DNA of 64,000 nt from an uncultured Candidatus Saccharibacteria bacterium (GCA_964357395.1 CAYHLC010000002.1:41033-105032); one strand, 5' to 3'; counted from the stretch's first letter, positions 49,212-58,731 are shown. Notes: generated by a model from the sequence alone, not told the origin. A program made the numbers and translations.

Positions 49212-49469
49212 ACGTCCATTTTCTTCTCCCTCTCCTGGAACAATGGCTCCAGCTGGACCAGTACCAAGACCGCCACGGTGGATGGCACGACCGACGCCAC
49301 ATACACCCTTGGAGGTGTCACCGACACCTGGGGGAGAGCATGGACTGATACCGAGCTCGCAGACGGAACATTCCGTCTGATGGTCGATAAGGCAAGTGAT
49401 CCAGACACATATTCCAAAACGCGATACACTGCACCAGATGAAGCCTCAAATACAATTCATCACAGCTAA
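49212..49469 (+). pseudogene. 5'-truncated fragment homologous to an internal insert domain of the RHS protein (SLSWNNGSSWTSTKTATVDGTTDATYTLGG.TDTWGR.WTDTEL)
   Basis: The 85-aa frame, open from just after the TAA at 49209-49211, is closely similar to RHS region 46450-46640. No start codon and no RHS core. Confidence 0.55.
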
Positions 49470-49827
49470 GGGTATCCTGCGCAGAGAGGGAAGGATCTTG
49501 TGCCTGAAGGACACCAGTGGCAATTGGGAGCTGCCGGGCGGGCGGTTAGATTTTGGTGAGACACCCGAGCTGGCGCTTAAACGCGAATTTAAGGAGGAGC
49601 TCGAGGTGCAGGATGTGCAAGTTGGGAGGCTACTGCACGCATGGACGTTTATGGTTAGCGGGGAGGACAGTGACCGGCAGTATGTCCTACTGGTCTATGA
49701 ATGCGAGGCACCTCAGCAAGAGTTGCGGCGGAGCGATGAGCACTTGGAGATTGGCTGGTTTACCAAAGGTGAGATTGTGGATTTGCCAATGCGCGACGGC
49801 TATAAGCAGGCGATTAATAAACTCTAA
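49438..49827 (+). CDS. NUDIX hydrolase
   Basis: Nudix box LPGGRLDFGETPELALKREFKEELEV. Start ATG at 49438; the track ORF from 49396 overlaps the RHS fragment. Confidence 0.8.
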   Translation: MKPQIQFITAKGILRREGRILCLKDTSGNWELPGGRLDFGETPELALKREFKEELEVQDVQVGRLLHAWTFMVSGEDSDRQYVLLVYECEAPQQELRRSDEHLEIGWFTKGEIVDLPMRDGYKQAINKL

Positions 49828-49832
49828 CCGAC

Positions 49833-50264
49833 ATGACGAATCACTTTGCGGTGAATGTGGAGGCGGCTATCTATCGAGATGGCAGATGGTTAGTTGGCGT
49901 ACGGGGGAAAGGGGAGAGTGAGGCGCCAGGGTTATTGTCGTTCGTCGGTGGGACGGTGGAGCATACTGACCCCTTGGTAGATACGCTCGAAAGTGCCTTG
50001 GTACGAGAGATTGAGGAAGAGCTAGGAGTGAGAGTGGCGGTGAATGGCTTTGTAAACGACACGACATTTGTATCCAAGAAAGGGAATCACGTTATTAATA
50101 TTGTGTTCCTATGCACCATAGTGGAAGGTGAACCGAGGATTGTAGATGTGAACGAAAACGAGGAGTTGCTGTGGCTCACCTCTGAGGAGATATTGAGCTA
50201 TCCAAATGTCCCGCCCTGGCTCTCTGAAAGTGTTAAAAAGGCAGAGGGTATACTGAAGGGATGA
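49833..50264 (+). CDS. NUDIX hydrolase
   Basis: Nudix box FVGGTVEH..ESALVREIEEELGV. Confidence 0.8.
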   Translation: MTNHFAVNVEAAIYRDGRWLVGVRGKGESEAPGLLSFVGGTVEHTDPLVDTLESALVREIEEELGVRVAVNGFVNDTTFVSKKGNHVINIVFLCTIVEGEPRIVDVNENEELLWLTSEEILSYPNVPPWLSESVKKAEGILKG

Positions 50265-51637
50265 AGCGGTTTAAGTCGATCAGCCCGCACGATTTTGCAG
50301 TGTTGGGACAAGTGGCAATCACTACTGGCGAGGAGATCCGGGCGCGGGTGGCAGCGGCACGGATGATGCTGCCCGCATGGCGCGGGCTTGGGGTCGCAGG
50401 TAGGGTCGAGATACTCCGCCGCGTAGCAAGCAATATGCAGTCGCGTGCCGAGGAACTCGCAACGACTATTGCCAAAGAGATGGGTATGCCTATAACGAGC
50501 GCACACCATGATGTCACGGATGCCATAGCGTACCTCTCTTGGTATCTCGATAATGCTGCAACATACCTCGCGCCTGAAGTAACACTGGAGAACTCGGAGG
50601 AAGTCCACACAGTATACGCGGAGCCGATCGGAGTTGCGGGCGCTATCGTTCCTTGGAACTTCCCAGCATCCAACTTTGTGTGGGGCTGCGGGCAGGCATT
50701 GGTGGCAGGCAACACTGTCGTCTTTAAGCATTCAGAAGAAGTACCCCTTGTAGGGCAGATCATCGACAAGATCATGAAAGAGTCTGGAATACCAGAAGGG
50801 GTATTCAACCAGGTATATGGCCGTGGGCCCGTAGGGGCGCTACTGTCCCGATCCGACATCGACCTTATCATCTTTACGGGCTCGACCGAGACAGGGGCCT
50901 CGTTGTACCGCACCGCAGCAGCAGGCATGAAGCGCATCGTCATGGAGCTTGGTGGCTCGGCGCCCGGCATCATATTTGATGACGCCGACGTACCGGCTGC
51001 AGTGGGGAATGTGTACGACAACAGATTTACCAACGCAGGGCAGATGTGTGATGCACTCAAGCGTCTACTAGTCCACGAATCGGTGTGGGACCTCACGCTG
51101 CAGACGCTGCACAACAAGCTAGAGATGGTGCGGCTTGGGAACCCGAGTGACCCAAACACGACTATGGGCCCCTTGGTAAACCGTGACCAGTTGCGGACAC
51201 TGGAAGCGCAGGTAGCAGATGCAGTTAGTAAGGGCGCTACGGTCCTCCGTGGCGGCAAGCAGCCTGGGTTCGATGGCGCATACTACGAACCCACAGTACT
51301 AATCAATATCACCCCTGACATGCGCGTATGGCAGGAAGAGACGTTCGGACCGGTACTTCCCATAGTTAAGTTTAAGACTGAAGAGGAGGCAGTGCAGCTC
51401 GCCAACAACACCACCTACGGACTTGGCGCGTACGTGTATACCAAGAATAAAGAGCGCGCTACGCGAGTAGCGGCGCAGCTACAAAGCGGCATGGTGAGTG
51501 TTAACAGCGTGAGCTATGTAAAGCCGATGAACCCGTTTGGCGGGTACAAGCGCTCGGGATTAGGCCGCGAGCACGGGCGGTGGGGCTTTGACGAAGTGAC
51601 GCAGAAGAAGGTAATCTCGAGGCCAAAGAATTCCTGA
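50261..51637 (+). CDS. NAD(P)-dependent aldehyde dehydrogenase (succinate-semialdehyde DH-like)
   Basis: ALDH motifs FTGSTETG, VMELGGSAPG and the catalytic Cys in NAGQMCDAL. Confidence 0.9.
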   Translation: MKRFKSISPHDFAVLGQVAITTGEEIRARVAAARMMLPAWRGLGVAGRVEILRRVASNMQSRAEELATTIAKEMGMPITSAHHDVTDAIAYLSWYLDNAATYLAPEVTLENSEEVHTVYAEPIGVAGAIVPWNFPASNFVWGCGQALVAGNTVVFKHSEEVPLVGQIIDKIMKESGIPEGVFNQVYGRGPVGALLSRSDIDLIIFTGSTETGASLYRTAAAGMKRIVMELGGSAPGIIFDDADVPAAVGNVYDNRFTNAGQMCDALKRLLVHESVWDLTLQTLHNKLEMVRLGNPSDPNTTMGPLVNRDQLRTLEAQVADAVSKGATVLRGGKQPGFDGAYYEPTVLINITPDMRVWQEETFGPVLPIVKFKTEEEAVQLANNTTYGLGAYVYTKNKERATRVAAQLQSGMVSVNSVSYVKPMNPFGGYKRSGLGREHGRWGFDEVTQKKVISRPKNS

Positions 51638-51649
51638 TTACTTACATTG

Positions 51650-51675
51650 TTATGATATAACATAATATCAAAATA
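51650..51675. promoter_or_regulatory. AT-rich 26-bp motif TTATGATATAACATAATATCAAAATA (24/26 identical to 149-174), 8 nt upstream of the Nudix ATG
   Basis: Direct read. Contains TGATAT-N6-ATATCA and the extended -10-like TGATATAAC. Confidence 0.4.
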
Positions 51676-51682
51676 ATTTAAC

Positions 51683-52123
51683 ATGAATGCGTTTCGGGTC
51701 AGTGTCGCTGGGGTGATCTTGGATGCGGACGGGAGGATACTCCTTTGCCAGCGGAGCCAAACAAAGAAGTTTGCTCCGGGCGCGTGGCACATGCCTGGCG
51801 GTGGGGTAGACGAGGGCGAGAGTATTGAGGATGCTCTCCGCCGCGAACTACGCGAGGAGCTGGCGCTCGAGCTAGTGGATACGCCACTCAATACTGGTGT
51901 CGTGTATACATACGACGACCCAGAGCGCACAGATGAAGTCCGCTTTTATGCAGCGCGGGCTGCTAATGCTCCACAACTGGTTAACTATGAGAACAGCGCC
52001 TTTGTGTTTGTAAACGAGGATGAGTTTCCTAAATACCTCTCGATCGCACGCGGCGATGATGTAGCAGCTGTCCTCGACGTCAACCTCCGTGCTGCAGCCG
52101 CAGCGCGCAGTATCCTAGGCTAG
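51683..52123 (+). CDS. NUDIX hydrolase
   Basis: Nudix box MPGGGVDEGESIEDALRRELREELAL. Confidence 0.85.
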   Translation: MNAFRVSVAGVILDADGRILLCQRSQTKKFAPGAWHMPGGGVDEGESIEDALRRELREELALELVDTPLNTGVVYTYDDPERTDEVRFYAARAANAPQLVNYENSAFVFVNEDEFPKYLSIARGDDVAAVLDVNLRAAAAARSILG

Positions 52124-52146
52124 GAACAAAGCTAAAAACTGGTACT

Positions 52147-53169
52147 ATGGCAGCTATGGGAAAGAAGCGCATTTTGACTGGGGACACGCCAACAGGACGT
52201 TTGCATATTGGGCATTATGTGGGGACCTTAGAAAATCGCGTTAAGCTCCAGAGCGAGTACGAGACATTCATCCTCCAAGCTGACACGCATGCGTTGACGA
52301 CGCTAGCCAAGACCCCTCAGGTTATTGAGGATCATACGTTCCAAGTAGTGCTCGATAACCTTGCGGCTGGTCTGGACCCCAAAAACGTGACTTTTTGGGT
52401 AGAGTCCGGGGTGCCGGAGCTGTATGAGCTGGCGGCACTATTCTCGATGTACGTGTCGCACAACCGTGCGCTGAGGAATCCAACCATCAAGGATGAGATC
52501 AAGATGAAGGGGCTTGGCGACCAATTCTCGCTCGGGTTTGTGAACTATCCGATATATCAAGCTGTCGACATATTGGGTGTTAAGGCAAACTTGGTGCCTG
52601 TTGGCGTAGACCAGATACCGCACCTCGAGCAGTCACGCGAGATCGCTCGCGACATCAATACAGTGATAGGGCAGGAGCTGTTTCCGATCCCAGAGGCGTT
52701 GGTAGGGAAAGTAGGCAAGCTGGTAGGTACTGACGGCAACCCAAAGATGGGTAAGTCGCTCGGTAACACCATATTCCTCGGCGAGGCGGTTGATGAGATA
52801 GAGCGTAAGGTAATGAACATGTACACGGACCCCAAGCGCATCCGCGCTACTGACCCAGGCACTGTCGAGGGCAATCCAGTATTCGTATACCTTGACATCT
52901 TTGGTACTGAGTCGGACGCAGCAACGATTGCGGATTTCAAGGCTAGATACACGGAAGGCAAAGTGGGCGATATCGAGGTTAAGAAGTACTTGTGCGGCGT
53001 AATGGAGCGTTTCATCAGCCCAATGCGCGAGCGTCGGGCTGACTATGAGTCACGCCCGGATGATGTGCGCAGGATTATGATTGAGGGGACAGCTCGTGCT
53101 CGTGAGGAAAACGTAAAGACGTTGAGAGAATTGCGCACACTGCTCAAACTTAACATTTTTGTCGGATAA
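52147..53169 (+). CDS. trpS: Tryptophanyl-tRNA synthetase
   Basis: HIGH-type motif TGRLHIGHYVG and KMSKS-type KMGKS. About 340 aa, a typical class Ic size. Confidence 0.9.
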   Translation: MAAMGKKRILTGDTPTGRLHIGHYVGTLENRVKLQSEYETFILQADTHALTTLAKTPQVIEDHTFQVVLDNLAAGLDPKNVTFWVESGVPELYELAALFSMYVSHNRALRNPTIKDEIKMKGLGDQFSLGFVNYPIYQAVDILGVKANLVPVGVDQIPHLEQSREIARDINTVIGQELFPIPEALVGKVGKLVGTDGNPKMGKSLGNTIFLGEAVDEIERKVMNMYTDPKRIRATDPGTVEGNPVFVYLDIFGTESDAATIADFKARYTEGKVGDIEVKKYLCGVMERFISPMRERRADYESRPDDVRRIMIEGTARAREENVKTLRELRTLLKLNIFVG

Positions 53170-53225
53170 GTATGATTAGCACCGAGATGGCAGACGTACG
53201 GCAGAAGATCGGTGTCGCGCTGTAG

Positions 53226-53393
53226 ATGGGACACGAGTCAGCATTTTTGGAGCTGTCGGAGAGGTACACTTTCGAGTGTACTTGTGGCACCCGTTATAAA
53301 AAGAAACTGGAGGTGGGGCGCCTGTACGAGTTCAAGTGTGGCAAATGCGGCAGGACTATCGAAGTCGACACCCGTGTCCCCAAGCCCCACTAA
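53226..53393 (+). CDS. Small zinc-ribbon protein (55 aa)
   Basis: MGHESAFLELSERYTFECTCGTRYKKKLEVGRLYEFKCGKCGRTIEV. Carries C-x-C and CxxC pairs. Confidence 0.3.
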   Translation: MGHESAFLELSERYTFECTCGTRYKKKLEVGRLYEFKCGKCGRTIEVDTRVPKPH

Positions 53394-53624
53394 CCTTGCT
53401 TGCAAGATTGGGCACGATGTGTGACACTCAGAGTACAGGCATCGACGCTGCTGACACAGCCGAGCTGGGGGAAGAAGGCCGAAAGGCAGGTAGACCCCTC
53501 CGTATGACGCACGTAACGCGCACGCTGCTGGGAGGCAGAAAAGAACAAAGTAAGGTGGTACCGCGATTGATCGCCCTTACAAGTAAGCTTTATCCAAGTT
53601 TATTTGTAAGGGCATTTAATATAT

Positions 53625-54941
53625 ATGGCACGAACACTGATAGGAGAGCTGGGAACAAAGGCGGGTGAGGAGGTCACCATCAAGGGGTGGGTGGACGTGC
53701 GCCGCGACCAGGGCAAGATGATCTTTTTTGACTTCCGCGACCGCAGTGGAAAGGTGCAGGGCGTCGTCCTACCTGCCTCCGCCGCTATGGATACCGCCAA
53801 AGAGCTCCGCCACGAGTATGCAGTGTCAATTGCAGGCAAAGTTAATAAGCGCCCCGAAAAGAATGTGAACGCTGGTGTGCAGAACGGAGACATTGAGCTC
53901 GAGGTACTTGGTATAGAGGTACTGGGCGAAGCTGAGCCGCTCCCATTTGATATGTCCGCGATGGGTATGAACCTAGATCTCGTCACGGAGCTCGACCACC
54001 GCGCGCTGGTGCTGCGCCACCCAAAGCTCCAAGCAATCTTCAAGGTCCAGGCGGTCATCATCGACTCGTTCCGCGAGTTTATGAAGGAGCAAGACTTCTT
54101 CGAATTCCAAGCGCCCTCTATAGTCCCGGCTACCGCAGAAGGCGGCGCAGAAGTGTTCAAGATCGATTACTTTGACAAGAAAGCCTACCTCAGCCAGTCA
54201 CCACAACTCTACAAGCAGATTGTGATGACCGCGTTCGAGCGCGTCTTTAGCGTTAACAAGATGTTCCGTGCAGAACCGTCACAAACAACAAGGCACCTAA
54301 CAGAGGTAGTGTCGCTCGACGCGGAGATGGCGTTCATCGACTCGTGGACAGATGTACGCGATATGGCTGAAGAGACTGTCCGCTACATCCTCGGTGAGGT
54401 AGGCAAACGCTGCAAGGCGGAACTAAAGCTCTTAGGGGCTGAGCTGCCAACGATGTTAGACAGGACCCCAACATTGTCGCTCACAGAAGCGTTTGCCAAG
54501 CTCGGTGTTCCTGCAGACAAGGACCTTAGTGACTCGCAGGAGCGCCAGCTCGGTGAGATAGTGAAAAACGAAACAGGCTCCGATTTCGTGTTTGTCTACG
54601 GGTACCCAACAAAGCAGAGAGCGTTTTATGTATACCCAAACGCAGAGAACCCTGAGTTCAACGAGGGTATGGATCTCATCTGTAGGGGTGTTGAGTGGCT
54701 CTCGGGTGGCAGACGTATCAACGACTACAAGCAGCTGATGCGCCACGTCAGCGAGTGGGGGATGGACCCAGCAAAGATCGAGATGTTCCTCGAAGCGTTC
54801 CGCTATGGCGTACCACCCGAGGGTGGCTTTGCCTTCGGTGCAGAGCGCATGACGATGCAGATACTGGGACTCAAGAACGTGCGTGAGGCATCGATGTTCC
54901 CCCGCGACATGAACCGCATCGACCAATCATTAAATCAGTAA
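53625..54941 (+). CDS. aspS: Aspartyl-tRNA synthetase, archaeal/eukaryal type (438 aa, possibly non-discriminating)
   Basis: N-terminal OB fold; LSQSPQLYKQ; motif 2 FRAEPSQTTRHLTEVVSLDAE; motif 3 GFAFGAERMTM..FPRD. Confidence 0.85.
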   Translation: MARTLIGELGTKAGEEVTIKGWVDVRRDQGKMIFFDFRDRSGKVQGVVLPASAAMDTAKELRHEYAVSIAGKVNKRPEKNVNAGVQNGDIELEVLGIEVLGEAEPLPFDMSAMGMNLDLVTELDHRALVLRHPKLQAIFKVQAVIIDSFREFMKEQDFFEFQAPSIVPATAEGGAEVFKIDYFDKKAYLSQSPQLYKQIVMTAFERVFSVNKMFRAEPSQTTRHLTEVVSLDAEMAFIDSWTDVRDMAEETVRYILGEVGKRCKAELKLLGAELPTMLDRTPTLSLTEAFAKLGVPADKDLSDSQERQLGEIVKNETGSDFVFVYGYPTKQRAFYVYPNAENPEFNEGMDLICRGVEWLSGGRRINDYKQLMRHVSEWGMDPAKIEMFLEAFRYGVPPEGGFAFGAERMTMQILGLKNVREASMFPRDMNRIDQSLNQ

Positions 54942-54983
54942 ATTGCACTTGCTAGTCTTTAGTGTGAGCGATACACTGGACAA

Positions 54984-56366
54984 ATGCGTGATTGGGTAGA
55001 CAAGTACTGGGAAGAGGAGGCGCTGCCAGCCTTGATGGAGTTCGGACGCATCCCGAACGTCTCGCCTGCATTCGCTCCCAAGTGGAGTGAGGAGGGGCAC
55101 ATGGATAGGGCAGCCGAGTACCTGAAAACATGGGCAGAGAGCCGCAGCATCCAGGGCATGACGATAGAGCTGCACCGCAAGGACATGCGCACGCCACTCC
55201 TCTTTATTGAGATTGAGGGGCAGACAAAGGAAAACGTGCTGATGTACGGCCACCTTGATAAGCAGCCACCGATGCTACCGTGGCGCGAGGGCCTCGACCC
55301 CTGGGTGCCACTCCGTGAGGGTGACCTCCTCTATGGCAGGGGCCTTGCGGACGACGGCTATGCTATCTTTTGCGCGCTTGGAGCTGTCGAAGCTGCGCAG
55401 CAGACAGGGAAGCCGATGCCGCGCATCGTAATCATGATCGAGGCATCCGAGGAGAGCGGCAGCGCAGACCTCCTCCACTATGTCAACTTTCTGAAGCCTC
55501 GCATTGGCAAGCCGGACGTGATCATTACGCTCGACGCAGAGGACCGCGATGGCAACAAGCTGTGGCTCACGCAGTCGCTACGCGGATTAGTAAATGGGTT
55601 CCTAACGGTCGACACGATACCAGGCACCATGCACTCGGGTATTGCTACCGGCGTTATACCGTCCACGCACCGCATTATGCGAATGCTGATCTCTCGCATA
55701 GAGAACCAAGAGACGGGGCATATCATAAACGAGATACTGAGCCCGCCACTCACCAAGGAATTGGAGGAGTACGCCGAGTCGATTGCTCGCGATGTGCCGA
55801 GCTTCCTCGACCCCTACGACCTACCCGAAGGCCTTGCGCCATCAGCAGACACCCTCGTCGAGGTGGTCAAAAACAACTTGGTCCGTGCAGGGCTCGAGAT
55901 CACTGGTATTACTGGAGTACCAGAGGCAGAGAAGTCGGGCAATGTAATGGTCGGGAGGTTGGTGGCACGATTGTCGGTGCGTATCCCCCCACATGTAGAT
56001 TCGGAGACGGCGAGCACCGAGTTGAAGCGAGTGCTGGAAGCAGAGCCACCCTATGGGGCAAAAGTCACCTTTGATATTGCTGACCACGCAGGAGGGTGGC
56101 TCGCAAAGCCGATGTCTACGAGGATGGCCAAGCGCCTCAAGGACATCACCTGCGACATATTCGGTAGCGCACCTGGCCTTATTGGTGACGGTGCCTCGAT
56201 CCCGTTTGTTAAGGTGATGGTCAATGAGTTTCCTGATGCTGAACATATCTTGACTGGCGTGCTCACACACGCCTCGCACGCGCACGGCCCGAACGAGAAT
56301 ATGGATATCAGGAAGGTGAAGAAGCTGACAGAGTTTGTCGCAACGCTACTCGTTACTCCAGCATGA
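54984..56366 (+). CDS. M20 family metallopeptidase (dipeptidase-like)
   Basis: MYGHLDKQP, GRGLADDGY and EASEESGS metal-ligand motifs. Confidence 0.8.
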   Translation: MRDWVDKYWEEEALPALMEFGRIPNVSPAFAPKWSEEGHMDRAAEYLKTWAESRSIQGMTIELHRKDMRTPLLFIEIEGQTKENVLMYGHLDKQPPMLPWREGLDPWVPLREGDLLYGRGLADDGYAIFCALGAVEAAQQTGKPMPRIVIMIEASEESGSADLLHYVNFLKPRIGKPDVIITLDAEDRDGNKLWLTQSLRGLVNGFLTVDTIPGTMHSGIATGVIPSTHRIMRMLISRIENQETGHIINEILSPPLTKELEEYAESIARDVPSFLDPYDLPEGLAPSADTLVEVVKNNLVRAGLEITGITGVPEAEKSGNVMVGRLVARLSVRIPPHVDSETASTELKRVLEAEPPYGAKVTFDIADHAGGWLAKPMSTRMAKRLKDITCDIFGSAPGLIGDGASIPFVKVMVNEFPDAEHILTGVLTHASHAHGPNENMDIRKVKKLTEFVATLLVTPA

Positions 56367-58381
56367 CCCCGTCTCGGAAACCAAGCCGGGCAAGCAAGAA
56401 GTCCCCACTCTATGGCGATGAGGGGATGTGGGTGCTGAACAATATCCCATTTCAGCGCATTAAGGAGCGTTACGACGCTCAGCTACCTGCTGATTTTGGA
56501 CAAGACGTGATGCGCGCAGCGGTGCGTATCAATAGCGGCGGCTCTGCATCATTTGTATCTAAAGACGGACTACTCATCACTAACCACCACGTCGCGCACT
56601 CGCACATCGCGAGTCTCTCTACGGCCGACAACGACCTGGTTAAGAATGGCTACCTTGCCAAGAGTAGAGCGGAGGAGCTGAAGCTCCCACAGGCGGAGGT
56701 GAACGTACTTCGCGAGATAGTGGATGTCACCAAGCGTGTCCTTGGCAAAAAAGGCCCGGCCAGGAAAGCTGAGATTGCCAAGATTGAGGAAGAGTCTAAG
56801 AAGAAGACGGGTATGCGCTCGGACGTAGTCGAGCTATACCAAGGCGGCGCGTACCACCTGTACCTGTACGAGCGCTACACCGACGTGCGACTCGTGTTTG
56901 CCCCTGAGATGGCGATCGCGTCGTTCGGCGGTGACTTTGATAACTACGAGTTCCCACGATATGACCTCGACATTGCCTTGCTCCGCGTATACAAAGACGG
57001 CAAGCCAGTGACACCTAAGAAGTATCTGAAGTTTGCAGACCGAGCTCCTATTGAAGGCGAGCTACTGTTTGTAACCGGGCACCCTGGGCGCACCGACCGG
57101 CTCAGTACCTACGACGCGCTCATCGATATTCGAGATAACTCCCTTCCATATCGACTGCGCTCGATGCGTAGACAGGAGGTGAGCTTCGATCAGTATGCGG
57201 GTCGTGGACCAGAGTATGCGAGGCGAGCTGGCCGTGAGATAGCGACTATCAAGAACCTGCGTAAGCGCTACGTGGGCCAACTCGAGGCGCTGCAGGACCC
57301 TGCATTTATGCAGCGCGCCAAGCGCGAGGAGGACGCTCTTAAGAAGCTTGCGCAGGGTGCTGCGCCGTGGAAGAAGGTGACGTCTGCCCTCAAGGCATAT
57401 GACAAGTACTTCCTCGAGTATGACATTTGGGAGTCGATGATCGGATTTGGCGGCCACTACGACAAGCCTACACCAACCCGAAGTAACTGGAGCACCTACC
57501 TAGCGATAGCCCGCTGCATGCTGCGTATGCAAGAGGAGGATAGGAAGCCGAGTGGCAAGAGACTACCCGAATATGCAGACGCGCGCAGACAGTCGCTCCT
57601 CGATGTGCTCTACTCACCAGCACCGATATACAACGATCTAGAGGTATGGAAGTTGACCGACGCCTTCCGCCTGCTCCTCGAAACATACGGACCGGAAGAC
57701 AGATCGGTTAAGGAGATACTGGCTGGTAAGGCGCCTGAAGTACGTGCAGCGGAATTGATCGCTGGCACTAAGCTTGAGGATCCAGAGAACCGGAAGCGGG
57801 TAAGCCAGAAGGACACTATGATCTGGCTTGCTAAGGTGATAGACAAGCGCGCCCGCGCCGCTCGTAAGCTGGTAGAGGAAAAGGTTAAGAGCCCATTTGA
57901 TGAAGCGTACCGAGCAATAGCGCAGGCGCAGTTCAAGGCCTACGGCAACGATCACTATCCTGATGCCACCTTTACCCTCCGACTCGCATATGGCACACCA
58001 AAGAGCCTTGTGAAGAATGGCGAGACCTATCCGCACTACACGACTATTGCTGACACACTGAAGCATCAAGATGCGCACGAGGGCGTCGCGCCGTGGGTGC
58101 TCCCGCCGTCATGGATCAAAGCGCGCGAGTGGGTCAAGGGGAGTCGCGCACCGTTCAACTTTATGACGACGCATGATAGCCACGGCGGCAACTCGGGCTC
58201 GCCAGTACTGACCAAGGACTTCGAGTTCGTCGGTATCCTATTCGACGGTATCTCTTCGGGGCAGGGGAGCACATTCCGCTACGGAGACTACGAGCGCACC
58301 GTGTGTGTCTCCGCCGCCGGCATCCTCGCAATCCTCAAGAATATCTACAAAGCCGACCACCTTGTCAAAGAGCTACTCTAG
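56363..58381 (+). CDS. S46 family dipeptidyl-peptidase (DPP7/DPP11-like)
   Basis: N-terminal DEGMW motif, His in ITNHHVA, and catalytic Ser in GGNSGSPV. 672 aa. Confidence 0.8.
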   Translation: MTPSRKPSRASKKSPLYGDEGMWVLNNIPFQRIKERYDAQLPADFGQDVMRAAVRINSGGSASFVSKDGLLITNHHVAHSHIASLSTADNDLVKNGYLAKSRAEELKLPQAEVNVLREIVDVTKRVLGKKGPARKAEIAKIEEESKKKTGMRSDVVELYQGGAYHLYLYERYTDVRLVFAPEMAIASFGGDFDNYEFPRYDLDIALLRVYKDGKPVTPKKYLKFADRAPIEGELLFVTGHPGRTDRLSTYDALIDIRDNSLPYRLRSMRRQEVSFDQYAGRGPEYARRAGREIATIKNLRKRYVGQLEALQDPAFMQRAKREEDALKKLAQGAAPWKKVTSALKAYDKYFLEYDIWESMIGFGGHYDKPTPTRSNWSTYLAIARCMLRMQEEDRKPSGKRLPEYADARRQSLLDVLYSPAPIYNDLEVWKLTDAFRLLLETYGPEDRSVKEILAGKAPEVRAAELIAGTKLEDPENRKRVSQKDTMIWLAKVIDKRARAARKLVEEKVKSPFDEAYRAIAQAQFKAYGNDHYPDATFTLRLAYGTPKSLVKNGETYPHYTTIADTLKHQDAHEGVAPWVLPPSWIKAREWVKGSRAPFNFMTTHDSHGGNSGSPVLTKDFEFVGILFDGISSGQGSTFRYGDYERTVCVSAAGILAILKNIYKADHLVKELL

Positions 58382-58495
58382 GGTACACTTTATATACATG
58401 AGTCTCTGGACCCTCATGACCGTGCGTCATACCCGCAAGACAAGCGGGGGGGTCTTTGATTATGTGAGTTAGCACCAAACTAAATCGTTTAAAGC

Positions 58496-58525
58496 AAGAC
58501 CCCTCTTTCGAGGGGTCTTTTTGTT
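58496..58525 (+). terminator. Rho-independent terminator (AAGACCCCTC-TTTC-GAGGGGTCTT plus TTTTTGTT)
   Basis: Direct read of a 10-bp stem and T run about 115 nt after the S46 peptidase stop. Confidence 0.7.
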
Positions 58526-58572
58526 GGCACATACGGCCTTGCCAGCCAACCATTACACATAAGAAACAGAGT

Positions 58573-58722
58573 ATGGGACCTGAAAACCTGAACGTAGAAC
58601 CGTTCTGCCCGTGTGGGTGCGGCGGCGTCATCGGCAAGTGTAGAAAAGCAGGAGAGTCAGCATTATTCGAGAGATGCCCCAGCTGCGGAGCCCCCTTGGG
58701 CACTTGCGGCTGCGTGGACTAA
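58573..58722 (+). CDS. Cys-rich small protein (49 aa; CPCGCGG...CPSC...CGC)
   Basis: MGPENLNVEPFCPCGCGGVIGKCRKAGESALFERCPSCGAPLGTCGCVD. Nine Cys in 49 aa. Confidence 0.35.
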   Translation: MGPENLNVEPFCPCGCGGVIGKCRKAGESALFERCPSCGAPLGTCGCVD

Positions 58723-58731
58723 CAAAAACAT

